Source: Pseudomonas aeruginosa PAO1 (GTDB lineage: Bacteria; Pseudomonadota; Gammaproteobacteria; Pseudomonadales; Pseudomonadaceae). From it: DNA of 64,000 bases. Positions 1 to 10,746 of this stretch are shown one piece after another. The position numbers were made by a program, and so were the translations under genes. The notes under the pieces were generated by a model that saw only the letters and a list, made by a program, of their open reading frames with translations, was not told the DNA's origin and did no database searches. The DNA lies in assembly GCF_000006765.1 (NCBI RefSeq), contig NC_002516.2. One strand, 5' to 3'. Positions within the stretch are counted from its first letter, which is position 1. The number at the start of each line of letters is the position of its first letter.

Positions 1-705
1 TTCGGCGGTTTCGCGGACGATCACATGCAGGCGGATGCCGAACTTCACCGTACGCCCATGGCGAGCCGCTCGCTGGCGCACGTCGGCGATTTTCGCCGCC
101 ACCGCCGGCAACGGCTCGCCCCAGGTCAGGTAGACGTCCACCTGTTCGCCGGCCAGTTCGTGGGCGGCCTCCGAGGAACCGCCGAAGTACAGCGGCGGAT
201 ACGGCCGTTGCAGCGGCGGATAGAGCGCCTTGGCGTTCTCCACGTGGATGTGCTTGCCGTGGAAGTCCACCGCCTCGCCCTGCAGGACGCGCCGCCAGAC
301 CCGAAGGAACTCGTCGGTGACCTCGTAGCGCTCGGCGTGGCCGAGATGGATGCCGTCGCCGCGGTTCTCGTCGGGATCGCCGCCGGTGACCACGTTGATC
401 AGCAGGCGCCCGCCGGACAGGCGGTCGAGGGTCGCCGCCATCCGCGCCGAGACGGTCGGCGAAACGATTCCCGGACGGATCGCCACCAGGAAGCGCAGGC
501 GCTCGGTCAGCGGCGCCAGCGCCGAGGCCACCACCCAGGAGTCCTCGCAGGAGCGTCCGGTGGGGATCAGCACGCCGTGATAGCCAAGGCTGTCGGCCGC
601 CTGTGCCACCTGCTTCAGGTAAGGCAGCGAGACCGGCCGCGCCCCCTGGCTGGTGCCGAGGAAGTGGCCATCGCCGTGGGTCGGGAGGAACCAGAACACG
701 TTCAT
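1..705 (-). CDS. msuD: Methanesulfonate monooxygenase MsuD (luciferase-like, FMNH2-dependent), 5' part only; runs off the window
   Basis: Manual translation from ATG at 705: [57 protein letters not shown], an SsuD/MsuD N-terminus; directly downstream of msuE; missing from the ORF track because no stop falls in the window. Confidence 0.93.
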   Translation of the reverse strand, partial: MNVFWFLPTHGDGHFLGTSQGARPVSLPYLKQVAQAADSLGYHGVLIPTGRSCEDSWVVASALAPLTERLRFLVAIRPGIVSPTVSARMAATLDRLSGGRLLINVVTGGDPDENRGDGIHLGHAERYEVTDEFLRVWRRVLQGEAVDFHGKHIHVENAKALYPPLQRPYPPLYFGGSSEAAHELAGEQVDVYLTWGEPLPAVAAKIADVRQRAARHGRTVKFGIRLHVIVRETAE

Positions 706-714
706 CGGCGCACC

Positions 715-1275
715 TCAGGCGATCTTCAACAGTTCGGAGCGTCCGCCGAACAGCGGCGCGGCGCGCTCGGCGGCGAGGCGGATGCGCGCCTTCAGCGGCT
801 CGCTGACGATCCGGTAGTTGTCGAAGTCGGCCTCGCTGGCGTAGACCCCGATGGGCAGGGTGATCGCCTGGAAGAAGCTGAACAGCGGGCGCAACTGGTG
901 GTCGAGGACCAGCGCGTGGCGCTCGGTGCCGCCAGTGGCGGCGAGCAGCACCGGGGTGTCGATCAAGGCGTTGAGGTCGATCAGGTCGAACAGGTGCTTG
1001 AGCAGGCCCGGATAGGAGCCACGGTAGACCGGCGAGGCGACCAGCAGCAGGTCGGCGCTTTCGATCTCGTCGAGCACCGCCTGCAGTTCCGCCGGCGCCT
1101 GGTTGCGCGCCAGGGTAGCGCCCAGCGGCGCGGCGATGTCGGTCAGCTCGATGACCCGGCTGTCGATCGGCAACGACTGGCCAAGCTCGGCGATCAGGGC
1201 CTGGGTGAGTACCAGGGTGCGGGACGGGCGATAGGTGCCGCCGGAGACGGCGACGACTTTGAAGGGGCTGGTCAT
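715..1275 (-). CDS. msuE: NADH-dependent FMN reductase MsuE
   Basis: 186 aa; VVAVSGGTYRPSRT and SPVYRGSYPGLLKHLFD flavodoxin-like FMN reductase motifs; upstream of msuD. Confidence 0.93.
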   Translation of the reverse strand: MTSPFKVVAVSGGTYRPSRTLVLTQALIAELGQSLPIDSRVIELTDIAAPLGATLARNQAPAELQAVLDEIESADLLLVASPVYRGSYPGLLKHLFDLIDLNALIDTPVLLAATGGTERHALVLDHQLRPLFSFFQAITLPIGVYASEADFDNYRIVSEPLKARIRLAAERAAPLFGGRSELLKIA

Positions 1276-1317
1276 GGGATTTCCCTGTGGACTGTTGCGC
1301 TAGGTGCAGTGCCCTGG

Positions 1318-1333
1318 AGCAAGGGCCGTACCA
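1318..1333 (-). promoter_or_regulatory. Sigma54 (-24/-12) promoter of msuED
   Basis: Minus strand TGGTACGGCCCTTGCT fits TGGCAC-N5-TTGCW with invariant GG and GC; about 45 bp upstream of the msuE start. Confidence 0.8.
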
Positions 1334-1384
1334 ACGGGGAAATGTGCATTTTCCGGGCAGTTGCGGCGGGTTTCCGGCCTCGGC

Positions 1385-1434
1385 CTGTCAGCCACGCAAC
1401 AGCGCTGCTGTCCGACTGTTGCCCGGGCAACAGT
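1385..1434. promoter_or_regulatory. Two tandem CTGT-N10-ACAG palindromic sites, candidate upstream activator sites for the sigma54 activator
   Basis: CTGTCAGCCACGCAACAG (1385-1402) and perfect palindrome ACTGTTGCCCGGGCAACAGT (1415-1434), 50-100 bp upstream of the sigma54 promoter. Confidence 0.7.
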
Positions 1435-1701
1435 TCAGTTCAGCTTGTAGGCCTGGAGCAGGAATATCTGGAATGCCCGCGCCGAATGCTGGTCGCCCGG
1501 CGGCAGGACGAACGGCGGCAGGCGCCCCTTGCGGCGCTTGACGTCGGCCCAGCGCTGGCCATTGCGCGAATGGAACTGGCAGAACGGCTGGTCGCCCAGG
1601 TAGAACACCCCAGGCCGCGGCTCGCGGATGCGCGGCCAGCGGCGCAGGCAATCCAGCAGCGGGCCGAGGTCGGCGAGTTGTTCCGGCGAACAGTACGGCA
1701 T
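1435..1701 (-). CDS. Small hypothetical protein (PA2358-like), 88 aa from ATG 1701; alternative upstream start at 1824
   Basis: 3' part of track ORF 1435..2220; GAGGA Shine-Dalgarno before MPYCSPEQLADLGPLL. Confidence 0.6.
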   Translation of the reverse strand: MPYCSPEQLADLGPLLDCLRRWPRIREPRPGVFYLGDQPFCQFHSRNGQRWADVKRRKGRLPPFVLPPGDQHSARAFQIFLLQAYKLN

Positions 1702-1936
1702 GCAGCGATCCTCTTCGCCGGGTCGGGAAACCAAGGTTGCTGTGACTGGAGGACCGGGCGGACTCGGCGCGGCCGGGAAAGCGGCTACCGGGAGCGAGCG
1801 ACACAGGCGAGCGGAGCGAAGCATGGCGACGTCCCTGGTCCGGCCAACGAGATTCACCGCTCCGTTGTAGAACAGCCGCCGTCCGGGTTCTTGCCGGTTT
1901 TGTGGGGGAATTGTGAAAGACTGTAAAGCGCCCCGC

Positions 1937-3022
<1,086 letters not shown>

Positions 3023-3070
3023 GCTGGGTTCCGAGCCGGGGAATGTGCGCCCATCTTGCCCCAGGAACCC

Positions 3071-3122
3071 ATAGATTAAAAAATTCTGAATTCGTATTTA
3101 TATATTCGAATAAAAGATATAG
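3071..3122. promoter_or_regulatory. AT-rich promoter/operator region upstream of sfnR2 (possible CysB-type site)
   Basis: 8 G/C in 3071-3120; contains ATTCG-N12-CGAAT; identity of the regulator is inference. Confidence 0.4.
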
Positions 3123-3131
3123 CCACGCCTC

Positions 3132-4232
3132 CTAGGGCAGTACGCCAAGCAGCGACCAGACCCGGCGCGCCTCCGAGTCCGCATTGATCAGCTCCGCCAG
3201 CAACTCGCTCAGCGGCTTGTTGCCCCACTCCACCGCGCGCTTGATCAGGTAGGGAACCGGGCTGTGCGGCTCGGTGCGCGCCAGGTAGTCGGCGATCAGC
3301 AGCAGTTGCCGATAGGCGTCCTCGCGACTGGTCGGCGCGCCAGCCGGCCCGCTCGGCGCGCTCGCCGGGACGCTTTCCTCGCCGTCCGTGTCGCCTTCGC
3401 TGGCATCCGCCTCCGCGACCGGGGGCTGTTCTTCGGACAGCGGCGCTTGCGGGTGCATGGCGATGAACTCCTTGAGCAAGGCCAGCCATTGCGCGATGAC
3501 CTCGCGCAATGGCTGGCAACTGGGGGCGAGTTCGCCCAGGCAGCGGTCGCACCACTGTTCCAGGCGCAGTAGTTGCTGCTGGCAGGCGAGCAGGCTGGCC
3601 TGCTTGCGCTGCCATTGCACCAGGGGCTCCGCGCGCAACGCTTCGTCTAGCTTCTTCTGCTGAAGTTGCGCCGCTTCCAGCGCCGCCTTGGCGCTCTTGC
3701 TGTCGCCGCTGGCGACCTGCTGGCGCTGCAACCTCTGCCAGGCATAGAGGGTGATCTCGGCGAACGCGCCCTGCCCCATCAGCGGCAGGCGCGTGTGCAG
3801 CAGCTCGGCATAGCGGCGCAACAGCCAGTCGATGGGCGGCACCCGCCACGACTGGTCGCCGTCCTGGGCTTGCGGATGCACCTCCTCGGGGTAGCGCTCG
3901 CAGAGTTCCGCCAGCAGCACCAGCGCGCGCTGCAATCCGCCCAGCCCGCCGCGTTGCAGCCAGGCCTCGCCGAGCCAGGCGGCGAGCATCAGGTCCTTGC
4001 TGCGCCGCTGCAACAGTTCGCTGGCCAACTGCTCCACCGCGGCCCAGTCGGCGCGCTTGGCCTCCGCTTGCCAGACGCCGGTCGGCAGGCTGCTGTCGTC
4101 CTCCCGGCGCAACTCGCGCAGGCGGTCGTAGTCCGGGTCGTAGCGCAGGCTGGGGCCGCACGCCTGTCCGGGGTCGATCGGTTCGAGCAGCACTTCCAGG
4201 GACAGGGCGTTGCCGGAAAGAGGCAGGGTCAT
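3132..4232 (-). CDS. hsiA3: T6SS TssA (HsiA3), ImpA N-terminal domain, 366 aa
   Basis: Start MTLPLSGNALSLEVLLEPI at 4232 (ATGA overlap with icmF3); ImpA_N motifs LRYDPDYD and KDL; C-terminal HSPVPYL. Confidence 0.9.
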   Translation of the reverse strand: MTLPLSGNALSLEVLLEPIDPGQACGPSLRYDPDYDRLRELRREDDSSLPTGVWQAEAKRADWAAVEQLASELLQRRSKDLMLAAWLGEAWLQRGGLGGLQRALVLLAELCERYPEEVHPQAQDGDQSWRVPPIDWLLRRYAELLHTRLPLMGQGAFAEITLYAWQRLQRQQVASGDSKSAKAALEAAQLQQKKLDEALRAEPLVQWQRKQASLLACQQQLLRLEQWCDRCLGELAPSCQPLREVIAQWLALLKEFIAMHPQAPLSEEQPPVAEADASEGDTDGEESVPASAPSGPAGAPTSREDAYRQLLLIADYLARTEPHSPVPYLIKRAVEWGNKPLSELLAELINADSEARRVWSLLGVLP

Positions 4233-7200
4233 GGGGTACCTCCGGTGCTGGCGACGGTGGCCGGCAACAGCGTCGCGAACGGCGATTGCGGCGCGCGCAC
4301 CGGCAGCGGCTGGATGGACAGCGGGGTCTTGCCGCCCAGGCTCATCAACGACAGGCGGAGGAACATCCGCGCCTCGTTTTCCGGGCTGTAGGGCGCATAC
4401 ACCGGCAGTTGCAGGACCAGCGGAAACTCCGTGTAGTCGACGTTCGGCGGGCGCTGCCGGGAGAAGTGCGCGCGCATCATGCGCAACAGCGCCCAGGAGC
4501 CCTGGTAGCTCCAGCCGGCCTCGAGGTCGGCCACCGCCAGGCTGGCCTGGCGCGGGTCGTCTGCCGGACGCTGCGAGCCGTTCTTCGCCCAGCGCAGCAT
4601 GATTTTCAGCGGATCGCCGACATTCCAGGTCAGGCCCTTGTCCTGCGCGCCGGGGAAACGGCTTTCCTGGTCGCCCGAGTACAGGCTCCAGGCGATCACC
4701 TGGTCGGCGCCGCGTTCCAGGCTGCGGTCGCTGCGCCAGTCGATGTCCAGGGCGACGCCGAGCAGGCCCGACTTGTCGCGCTCGAACAGCGGGCCGAGCC
4801 AGCGCTGCGCCTGCTCCAGGCGGCGGACGAAGTCCTCGGCGGCCGGCAGGTCCGGCGAGCGAACCTGGGCCAGCCCTTCGCGCACCTGCGGCAAGCGCGT
4901 CTCCATCAGTTGCAGCAGGTGCCGCACCCGCCCCGGCTCGGCATCGGCCGCTTCCAGGCTGTAGGCGAACGGGAAGCGTCCGGCGAGGTACTGGTTGAAG
5001 TAGTCGGCGAGGTCCTTCCAGGCCTGCGCCGCCTGCTGCTGTTGCAACGACTGGCAGCGCCCGAGCGCGCCCTGGCGCAGGTCCACCAGGCGCGTCGCCA
5101 GGTCGCTGCGGCTGGACGGCAGGAGCACGCCGTTGAGAATGTCGGCGCAACTGCCGATGTCCATCTGGTTGAAATCGTTACCCACCAGCTTCGCCAACTG
5201 CGCCGCGGTGCTCGCCGGGTTGTCGGCCTTGAATTTCTGCAGTTCGGCGTTGAGCGCGCTGAAGCGCACGAACGCGTTGTAGTCGGCGGTGGCCAGGCTG
5301 GATTGCTGCGCCTGCAACCACTCCAGCGCCGGGGCGTGGCGTTCGGCGACGGCCGCCATGGCATTGAACTGGCTGTTCAGGCTTTGCTTCAGCTCGGCAC
5401 TGTCCTGGGCGCGGAACATCTGCAGGCCGAAATTCGGCGCGCCCGACCAGCGGCTGAAATCGACCGGCTCGCGCAGCACCGCCTGCTCGTCGATGTCGCG
5501 CAGGGCCTGGCCGATATCGGCCACGGCCAGCGCGTTGAGGCTGAGCAGCAGGCGCGCGCCGGCCTGCAGGTCCTGCAACTCCAGCAGCGCCGCCTGCAAC
5601 ACCTGGACCTGCTTGACCTGCACGTCGAAACGCGAGGCATTGCGACTGGCCAGGCTACGACTGCGCGGCCCGAGGCTTTGCCACATGGCCTCGGTCGCCG
5701 CGCTGGCGGCGGCGTGCAGGACCGAATAGCGATAGCGCGGGTTGAGCGATGGCAGGGTGCTCTCGTAGTAGCCGGTGAAGTCGTTGAAGAAGCTCAACGC
5801 CTGAGTCACGCCGATATCGTCGATGCTCAGCAAGGAGTGGTCCGCCAGTGTCTTGTCCGCCAGGGCCACGGAGACGAAGTCCTTGGTCTTCAGGTCATCG
5901 ATGGCGCGTTTCAGACCGAGCAGGTCATCGGCCAGCTTGAGCGTCGCCCCCTGTTTCACCAGCAGGCCGTCGCCGGCAGCCTCCGGAGGCGCGATCCATT
6001 CGCTGCGAAACTGCTGCTGCAACTGCACGGTGAGGTTCTGCAGTTCCTCCACGCGGTTTCCCAGCAAGCTGCTTTGCTGGGCGCTCTTGAGCAGGTTCTG
6101 GTAGCCAGGGACGAGATCCTGGCCGACGCCATTGCCCCAGATCAGGTTGATGCGGTTGACCTGTTGCTGCAGGTGGTTGATCAATTCGCCGATCCCCAGC
6201 AACTGGGCCGCCGTGGCGTCTCGTTCCTGGCCGAGCTGCGCGAGTTCCTGGGTCAGGGCATTGCCGGTGCGTTCCAGGCTGTCGGTGAGGAAGTAGGCGT
6301 TCAGCCAGCGTGCCATCAGGTCATGGAAGTTATCCGCCGCCGTGGCGGCGACCCGGCCCAGGTCGAGGGCGGCGAGATCGGCCGGACGCTCGGCGAACAG
6401 CGTGCGGTTGTAATAGGCCAGGCGCGCCAGGCTGCCGGCGTTGTAGCTGCTGCCCAAGGCATCGTTACTCAGTTGCAGAAGGTCGTCGAGCGGCGTCCTG
6501 CGGTTGTCGATGGCCTGGGCGAACAAGCGATTGTGGCGCTCCAGCGTAGTGGCGCGGGCGACCAGGTCCTTCGCCGCCAGGTAGTCCTTCCACTGGCTGG
6601 GGTCGTCGCCCTCCTTCAGGCCGGGTTGGCCATCGCTGCGGATCGCCCGCAGGTCGCTCGCCTCGCCTTCCAGCAGGCTGCGCAGCGGTCGCACCAGCAG
6701 GCGCTCGGAAACGCGGCGATACGCGTTGTCGATACGTGCATCCAGGGAGGAAAACCAGGAACTGGGAAACGCCAGCGAAGTGAAGCGCCAGCGCGGCGCC
6801 TGTGACACCAGTTGCCACCAGGCCTGGACGTTCTGCCGGACCTGGGCGGCGCGCCGAGTGTCGTCGTCGAGCGGCTGGTAGCGCTCACTGGCGCCATGCA
6901 GCAGTTGCGACAGTTCACCGGCGTCGCGCAGCGCGTCGCGCCAGACCCAGGTCATCAGGCCGCCCCAGAGCAGGCACAGGCACAACGCGGCGAGGCCGAT
7001 CCCGCGCTGCCAGCGCTGACGCAGCTGGAGGATGCGCGGCACCGCCTGGGCCAGGCCTTCCTCGGCAAGGATCCGCCGTGCCCACAGTTGGCTGGCGAAG
7101 CTGCTGCGCCGACGCGGCGCGTCGACCGCCGGCAGGACTTCGTCGGCTGCCGCGCCCGCCGCCTCGCTGCCGCTCAGGTAGAGACCGCGAAAGCGCGGCG

Positions 7201-8044
7201 CCTCGCCCCTGGCGTTGCCCTGGAAGACCGGTTCGAGCAGCGCCTGCAACGAACCGCGGAGACTTTCCAGGCGTGGCGGCAGGCAATACAGCTCATTGTC
7301 CACCTGGCCGCGCAAGGTACCGAGTTCGACGATCGACTCGGTCAGGGTGGCGGTGATTTCCTCCAGCGCCTGCTCGCACCAGCGCGACTGCCAGGCCGCT
7401 TCGGCGGCGAACGGCGAGGACCAGCCGAGGGCGCGCTCGCGCGCCTCCTCGGGCAGCGCCGCGAGAAGTTCCTGGAAGCCAGGCAGGTCTTCCATGCCAG
7501 TGATCACCACGTAAACCGGCAGGCTCAGGCCAAGGCGCTGGGTCAGTTCCACGTAGCGACGGCGCGCGGCGAGGCCGAGGTTGGCCGCCTGCTCGCCATC
7601 CTGCAGCCGCGCCAGCGGAATGTTCCAGACCACTCCGTCCAGCGCGCGCCTGCCGCGCAGGCGCAGGAACAGACGCAACAGGCGCAGCCAGGCGCCGCTT
7701 TGCCGGCGCAGGCCCTCGTCGGGCAGGAACACCGACTCGGGCACCAGCAGGATCGCCCCCTCGCCGTCCGACCACCAGCGGCCGAACCAGGCCGGGCGCG
7801 CCACCGGCAGCAGACGCCAGGTGGAGCACAACTGCTCGCCCTCGGTCTCGTTGCCGAGCATCAGCAGCCACGGCGCTTCGTAGCGGCCCTGCCAGCCCTG
7901 CTCGCGCTCCATCTGCCGGACCGCCGCGTAGAAGCTGCGGATCTCCGTACCACCGCGGGTTCGCCACCACCAGCCCAGCGCCCCCAGCAGCAGCGCCAGC
8001 AGCACCAGGAGGAGAACCAGCATGAACAGCGTCGCGCCGCTCAT
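4229..8044 (-). CDS. icmF3: T6SS membrane complex TssM (IcmF3)
   Basis: 1271 aa; N-terminal TM helix, LPVYVVITGMEDLPGF and RGLYLSG IcmF motifs, second TM near residue 350. Confidence 0.92.
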   Translation of the reverse strand: MSGATLFMLVLLLVLLALLLGALGWWWRTRGGTEIRSFYAAVRQMEREQGWQGRYEAPWLLMLGNETEGEQLCSTWRLLPVARPAWFGRWWSDGEGAILLVPESVFLPDEGLRRQSGAWLRLLRLFLRLRGRRALDGVVWNIPLARLQDGEQAANLGLAARRRYVELTQRLGLSLPVYVVITGMEDLPGFQELLAALPEEARERALGWSSPFAAEAAWQSRWCEQALEEITATLTESIVELGTLRGQVDNELYCLPPRLESLRGSLQALLEPVFQGNARGEAPRFRGLYLSGSEAAGAAADEVLPAVDAPRRRSSFASQLWARRILAEEGLAQAVPRILQLRQRWQRGIGLAALCLCLLWGGLMTWVWRDALRDAGELSQLLHGASERYQPLDDDTRRAAQVRQNVQAWWQLVSQAPRWRFTSLAFPSSWFSSLDARIDNAYRRVSERLLVRPLRSLLEGEASDLRAIRSDGQPGLKEGDDPSQWKDYLAAKDLVARATTLERHNRLFAQAIDNRRTPLDDLLQLSNDALGSSYNAGSLARLAYYNRTLFAERPADLAALDLGRVAATAADNFHDLMARWLNAYFLTDSLERTGNALTQELAQLGQERDATAAQLLGIGELINHLQQQVNRINLIWGNGVGQDLVPGYQNLLKSAQQSSLLGNRVEELQNLTVQLQQQFRSEWIAPPEAAGDGLLVKQGATLKLADDLLGLKRAIDDLKTKDFVSVALADKTLADHSLLSIDDIGVTQALSFFNDFTGYYESTLPSLNPRYRYSVLHAAASAATEAMWQSLGPRSRSLASRNASRFDVQVKQVQVLQAALLELQDLQAGARLLLSLNALAVADIGQALRDIDEQAVLREPVDFSRWSGAPNFGLQMFRAQDSAELKQSLNSQFNAMAAVAERHAPALEWLQAQQSSLATADYNAFVRFSALNAELQKFKADNPASTAAQLAKLVGNDFNQMDIGSCADILNGVLLPSSRSDLATRLVDLRQGALGRCQSLQQQQAAQAWKDLADYFNQYLAGRFPFAYSLEAADAEPGRVRHLLQLMETRLPQVREGLAQVRSPDLPAAEDFVRRLEQAQRWLGPLFERDKSGLLGVALDIDWRSDRSLERGADQVIAWSLYSGDQESRFPGAQDKGLTWNVGDPLKIMLRWAKNGSQRPADDPRQASLAVADLEAGWSYQGSWALLRMMRAHFSRQRPPNVDYTEFPLVLQLPVYAPYSPENEARMFLRLSLMSLGGKTPLSIQPLPVRAPQSPFATLLPATVASTGGTP

Positions 8045-8799
8045 GGCGCCTGCTCCGCATCGGCCAGGTGGGTCACCGCCGCCATTTCGTGCTGGATGTC
8101 GCGCCAGAACAGGTGTCCGATACCGCTCATCAACAGCACCAGCCCGAGCACCGCCAGGCCCAGGCGGAAGCCGTCCGGCAGCGCTGCGCGCACCGGCAGA
8201 CGCCGTGGCGGCGCAGCGGCGGGCTGCTCAAGGCGACGGCCGAGGTCGGCGGCGTCCGCCTCGCGCTGCCAGGCGAAGGCGAACAATGCCTGCCGCCACT
8301 TCTCGTGCAGCGCCTCGCCGCGCGGCCCGCGCAGGCGACCGCGGAAGCCGAGGATCAGGCATTGCAGGTAGACGTTGGCCAGGTCGCGACTGGCCGGGGC
8401 GCGTTCGTCGAGCAGGCGCTTGATCGCCAGCGGCAGGTATTCGCCCGCCTGGCGACTGCCGTAGAGATGCGACTCCAGCGGTTTGTCCTGCCAGGCGCCC
8501 TGCCCCGGCCAGGCGCTGAAGACCAGGGTCTCGTCGACCAGGGCGACGAAGGCATAGACCATCGCCTTGACCTGCACGCCCGCCGCGTCGCCGACGCTGG
8601 CGAAGGCGCTGCGCCACAGACGCCGGGTGATGCGGGTGGACAGTTCGAGGGCGCGCTCGACCATCCGTGGCACATCCTGGGCGTCCCGGTCGAGGGCGCC
8701 CCAGGCCTCCAGCCATTCCTGCCAGGCCTGGCGGAATGCCGTGCTGAGCGGTTGCTCCTGGTACGCCTGGGAAAAAGGCCCTGCACTCCCTTCGGGCAT
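8041..8799 (-). CDS. dotU3: T6SS TssL (DotU3), no OmpA-like domain
   Basis: 252 aa; YAFVALVDE, LESHLYG, VYLQCLILGFRG DotU motifs; C-terminal TM helix. Confidence 0.92.
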   Translation of the reverse strand: MPEGSAGPFSQAYQEQPLSTAFRQAWQEWLEAWGALDRDAQDVPRMVERALELSTRITRRLWRSAFASVGDAAGVQVKAMVYAFVALVDETLVFSAWPGQGAWQDKPLESHLYGSRQAGEYLPLAIKRLLDERAPASRDLANVYLQCLILGFRGRLRGPRGEALHEKWRQALFAFAWQREADAADLGRRLEQPAAAPPRRLPVRAALPDGFRLGLAVLGLVLLMSGIGHLFWRDIQHEMAAVTHLADAEQAP

Positions 8800-8816
8800 T
8801 GGCGGCTCCTTCCTGT

Positions 8817-10148
8817 CTAGGTGTTGTCGCTGCCGTCGGCGACGAACAGCACGATCTGCCAGGGACTGCTGGCGACCCCGCTGACCGGCGCGACGATGCG
8901 CAGCGGCTGGCCGGCATCGAACCAGTCGCCGGCACCCTGCACGACGAACAAACGGGTGTCGTCGCCAACGCTGTAGGCCACCTGTTCCTGGCGATTCATC
9001 GGCTGCCGCGGCAGCCCGCTCATGCGTTGCCGGGCGAGCAACGGCAGGTGCGGGTCGGAGGCGACGATGGCGCGCTCCAGCCAGTCAGCCGCCGCCTGTT
9101 CGCCGGCGCCGGCGGGCATCCGCAGGCCGACCACCAGGCGCTGACGCGGCGCCGGATCGGGCAGGCGCACGGAAAATACCTGTTCCTCCTGCTCGAACGG
9201 CAGGCAGCGGTAGCCCGCGCGGATCGACTCGATGGCGCGCTCCAACCAGTCCAGCAGCGGCTCGTAGCCACGCCGCAGGTCGAGGAAGTCGAGCGCTTCG
9301 AAGGCCGGCACGCCGGCCAGCGGATCGAGCGCCGCCCAGGCACCGGCCAGGCCCAGCAGGCTGCCGTGCAGGGCCAGCGGCGAGGCCGCACGGCTTGCCA
9401 GCAGGCCTTCGACCTCCGGCAGGCGGGTCCAGAGCGCGGCAAGCTGGCGACGGATTTCCACCGCGTCGTCCTGGTTGCCCGCCTGCTGCGCCAGGCGCAG
9501 GCGCCCGCCGAGGAACAGCGCCTTCTCCCGGGCCCGCGCGCAGAGCGACTGCACGCGTCTGCCCAGGGGCGACTCCGGCAGGATCAGTGGCGTCGGCGGG
9601 ACGTAGGGCAGGCTGACGTAGGCGCCGCCCTCCTTCGCCACGCGCAGCAACGGCAGGCACACGGAGTCGGCCTTGCCGTCGTCGCCGACCAGCCGCAGCG
9701 ACGCTCGCCAGACGGTGATCGGCTCGGGGTGCTCGCCGCTGGCCAGGTCCGGCAGCGGCGCGCCGACCCGCGATTGCAGACGGCCCTTCAGCGGCAGCAA
9801 CTGACCCGCCCGCCACAGCGGACTGACCGCCAGGTGGACGTTCAGCAGCGGCCCTTCGGCGGCCGCCAGCGCTGTCTCCAGATCGAACTCCAGCGGCGCG
9901 TCGACACCAGCCTGCACGCTCACCGGCAGGCCGTCGGGCAGGATCGCTTCGAGGTGCAGGACCCGCACTTGGCCGGCGCACAACGCAGAGGGGTCCAGTT
10001 CCAGGGCGGTCACTCCCCAGAACCAAGGGTTGCAGGCCTGTCCGATGCGCGCCGCCAGCGCCTCGGCACGCAATCCCTGCAACTGGAAATGCTGGGGAAG
10101 CAGTTGCATCCCTTCGTGCCAGCACACCGCGTCAGGCAGAACACTCAT
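8817..10148 (-). CDS. hsiJ3: T6SS baseplate TssK (HsiJ3)
   Basis: 443 aa; VCWHEGMQLLPQHFQ TssK signature. Confidence 0.93.
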   Translation of the reverse strand: MSVLPDAVCWHEGMQLLPQHFQLQGLRAEALAARIGQACNPWFWGVTALELDPSALCAGQVRVLHLEAILPDGLPVSVQAGVDAPLEFDLETALAAAEGPLLNVHLAVSPLWRAGQLLPLKGRLQSRVGAPLPDLASGEHPEPITVWRASLRLVGDDGKADSVCLPLLRVAKEGGAYVSLPYVPPTPLILPESPLGRRVQSLCARAREKALFLGGRLRLAQQAGNQDDAVEIRRQLAALWTRLPEVEGLLASRAASPLALHGSLLGLAGAWAALDPLAGVPAFEALDFLDLRRGYEPLLDWLERAIESIRAGYRCLPFEQEEQVFSVRLPDPAPRQRLVVGLRMPAGAGEQAAADWLERAIVASDPHLPLLARQRMSGLPRQPMNRQEQVAYSVGDDTRLFVVQGAGDWFDAGQPLRIVAPVSGVASSPWQIVLFVADGSDNT

Positions 10149-10207
10149 ACGACTCCCCTTCGACGTCCTACGTTGTCGTGCACGACGGTCGCTCGCCTGC
10201 CCCTCCG

Positions 10208-10684
10208 CTAACGCGTGGCGGGATCGTTGACCAGTCGCATTTCCCGGGTATCCAGACGCAGCCAGACGCGCTGCTGCTGGTCGAGGCGCAAGCGGTGCGC
10301 GCCGGGTGTGTTATAGCCGGCGAAGACCAAAAGTCCAGTTGCGCGGTCGCCGCGCAAGGGGAAGGACTCCGACTCGATGAACTGCCCCGGGACCAGCTCC
10401 AGGCTCCATACCGCGAACTGCTGCCGGTAGTCGCGGCGGTACTGCTCGCGATTGGCGAACCACTGGCTGGCCGGCAGTCCGGCCAGTTCCTTGAACAGCT
10501 CCGCATCCTTCACCGCGACGAAATCCACGGCGATCGGCGAGTCGTCGTTGGCGCGCGCGGCGACATCCAGGGTCAGCCGCTGCAACTCGACCCGCGGCGC
10601 GAAGAAATACGAGCAGCCGGCCAGCGCCAGGATCGCCAGCGCCAGGGAGAATTTCCGACATATGGTGAAACATCCGTGCTTCAT
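10208..10684 (-). CDS. lip3: T6SS outer-membrane lipoprotein TssJ (Lip3)
   Basis: 158 aa; lipobox LAGC; first gene of the leftward operon. Confidence 0.88.
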   Translation of the reverse strand: MKHGCFTICRKFSLALAILALAGCSYFFAPRVELQRLTLDVAARANDDSPIAVDFVAVKDAELFKELAGLPASQWFANREQYRRDYRQQFAVWSLELVPGQFIESESFPLRGDRATGLLVFAGYNTPGAHRLRLDQQQRVWLRLDTREMRLVNDPATR

Positions 10685-10726
10685 GGGAGTCCAACGAAAA
10701 TTTTATTTTGCAAATCCATAGACCTG

Positions 10727-10746
10727 TTCTAGCGTCTTTTGTAGTT
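10727..10746. promoter_or_regulatory. Candidate las/rhl box (CT-N12-AG) in the divergent H3-T6SS promoter
   Basis: TTCTAGCGTCTTTTGTAGTT; right half resembles TTGTAGTT half-sites of lux-type boxes; motif is short and degenerate. Confidence 0.4.

Noticed and set aside
25-1926. 633-aa plus-strand ORF
   Set aside because: Antisense shadow of msuD, msuE and the small ORF; no recognisable motifs; long stop-free antisense frames are common at high GC
3132-5150. 672-aa ORF as a long TssA
   Set aside because: The upstream part is an Arg/Pro/Ala-rich alternative frame overlapping icmF3; the credible start is at 4232 with an ATGA overlap
4286-8371. 839-aa and 519-aa plus-strand ORFs
   Set aside because: Antisense to icmF3; mirror of its codon bias
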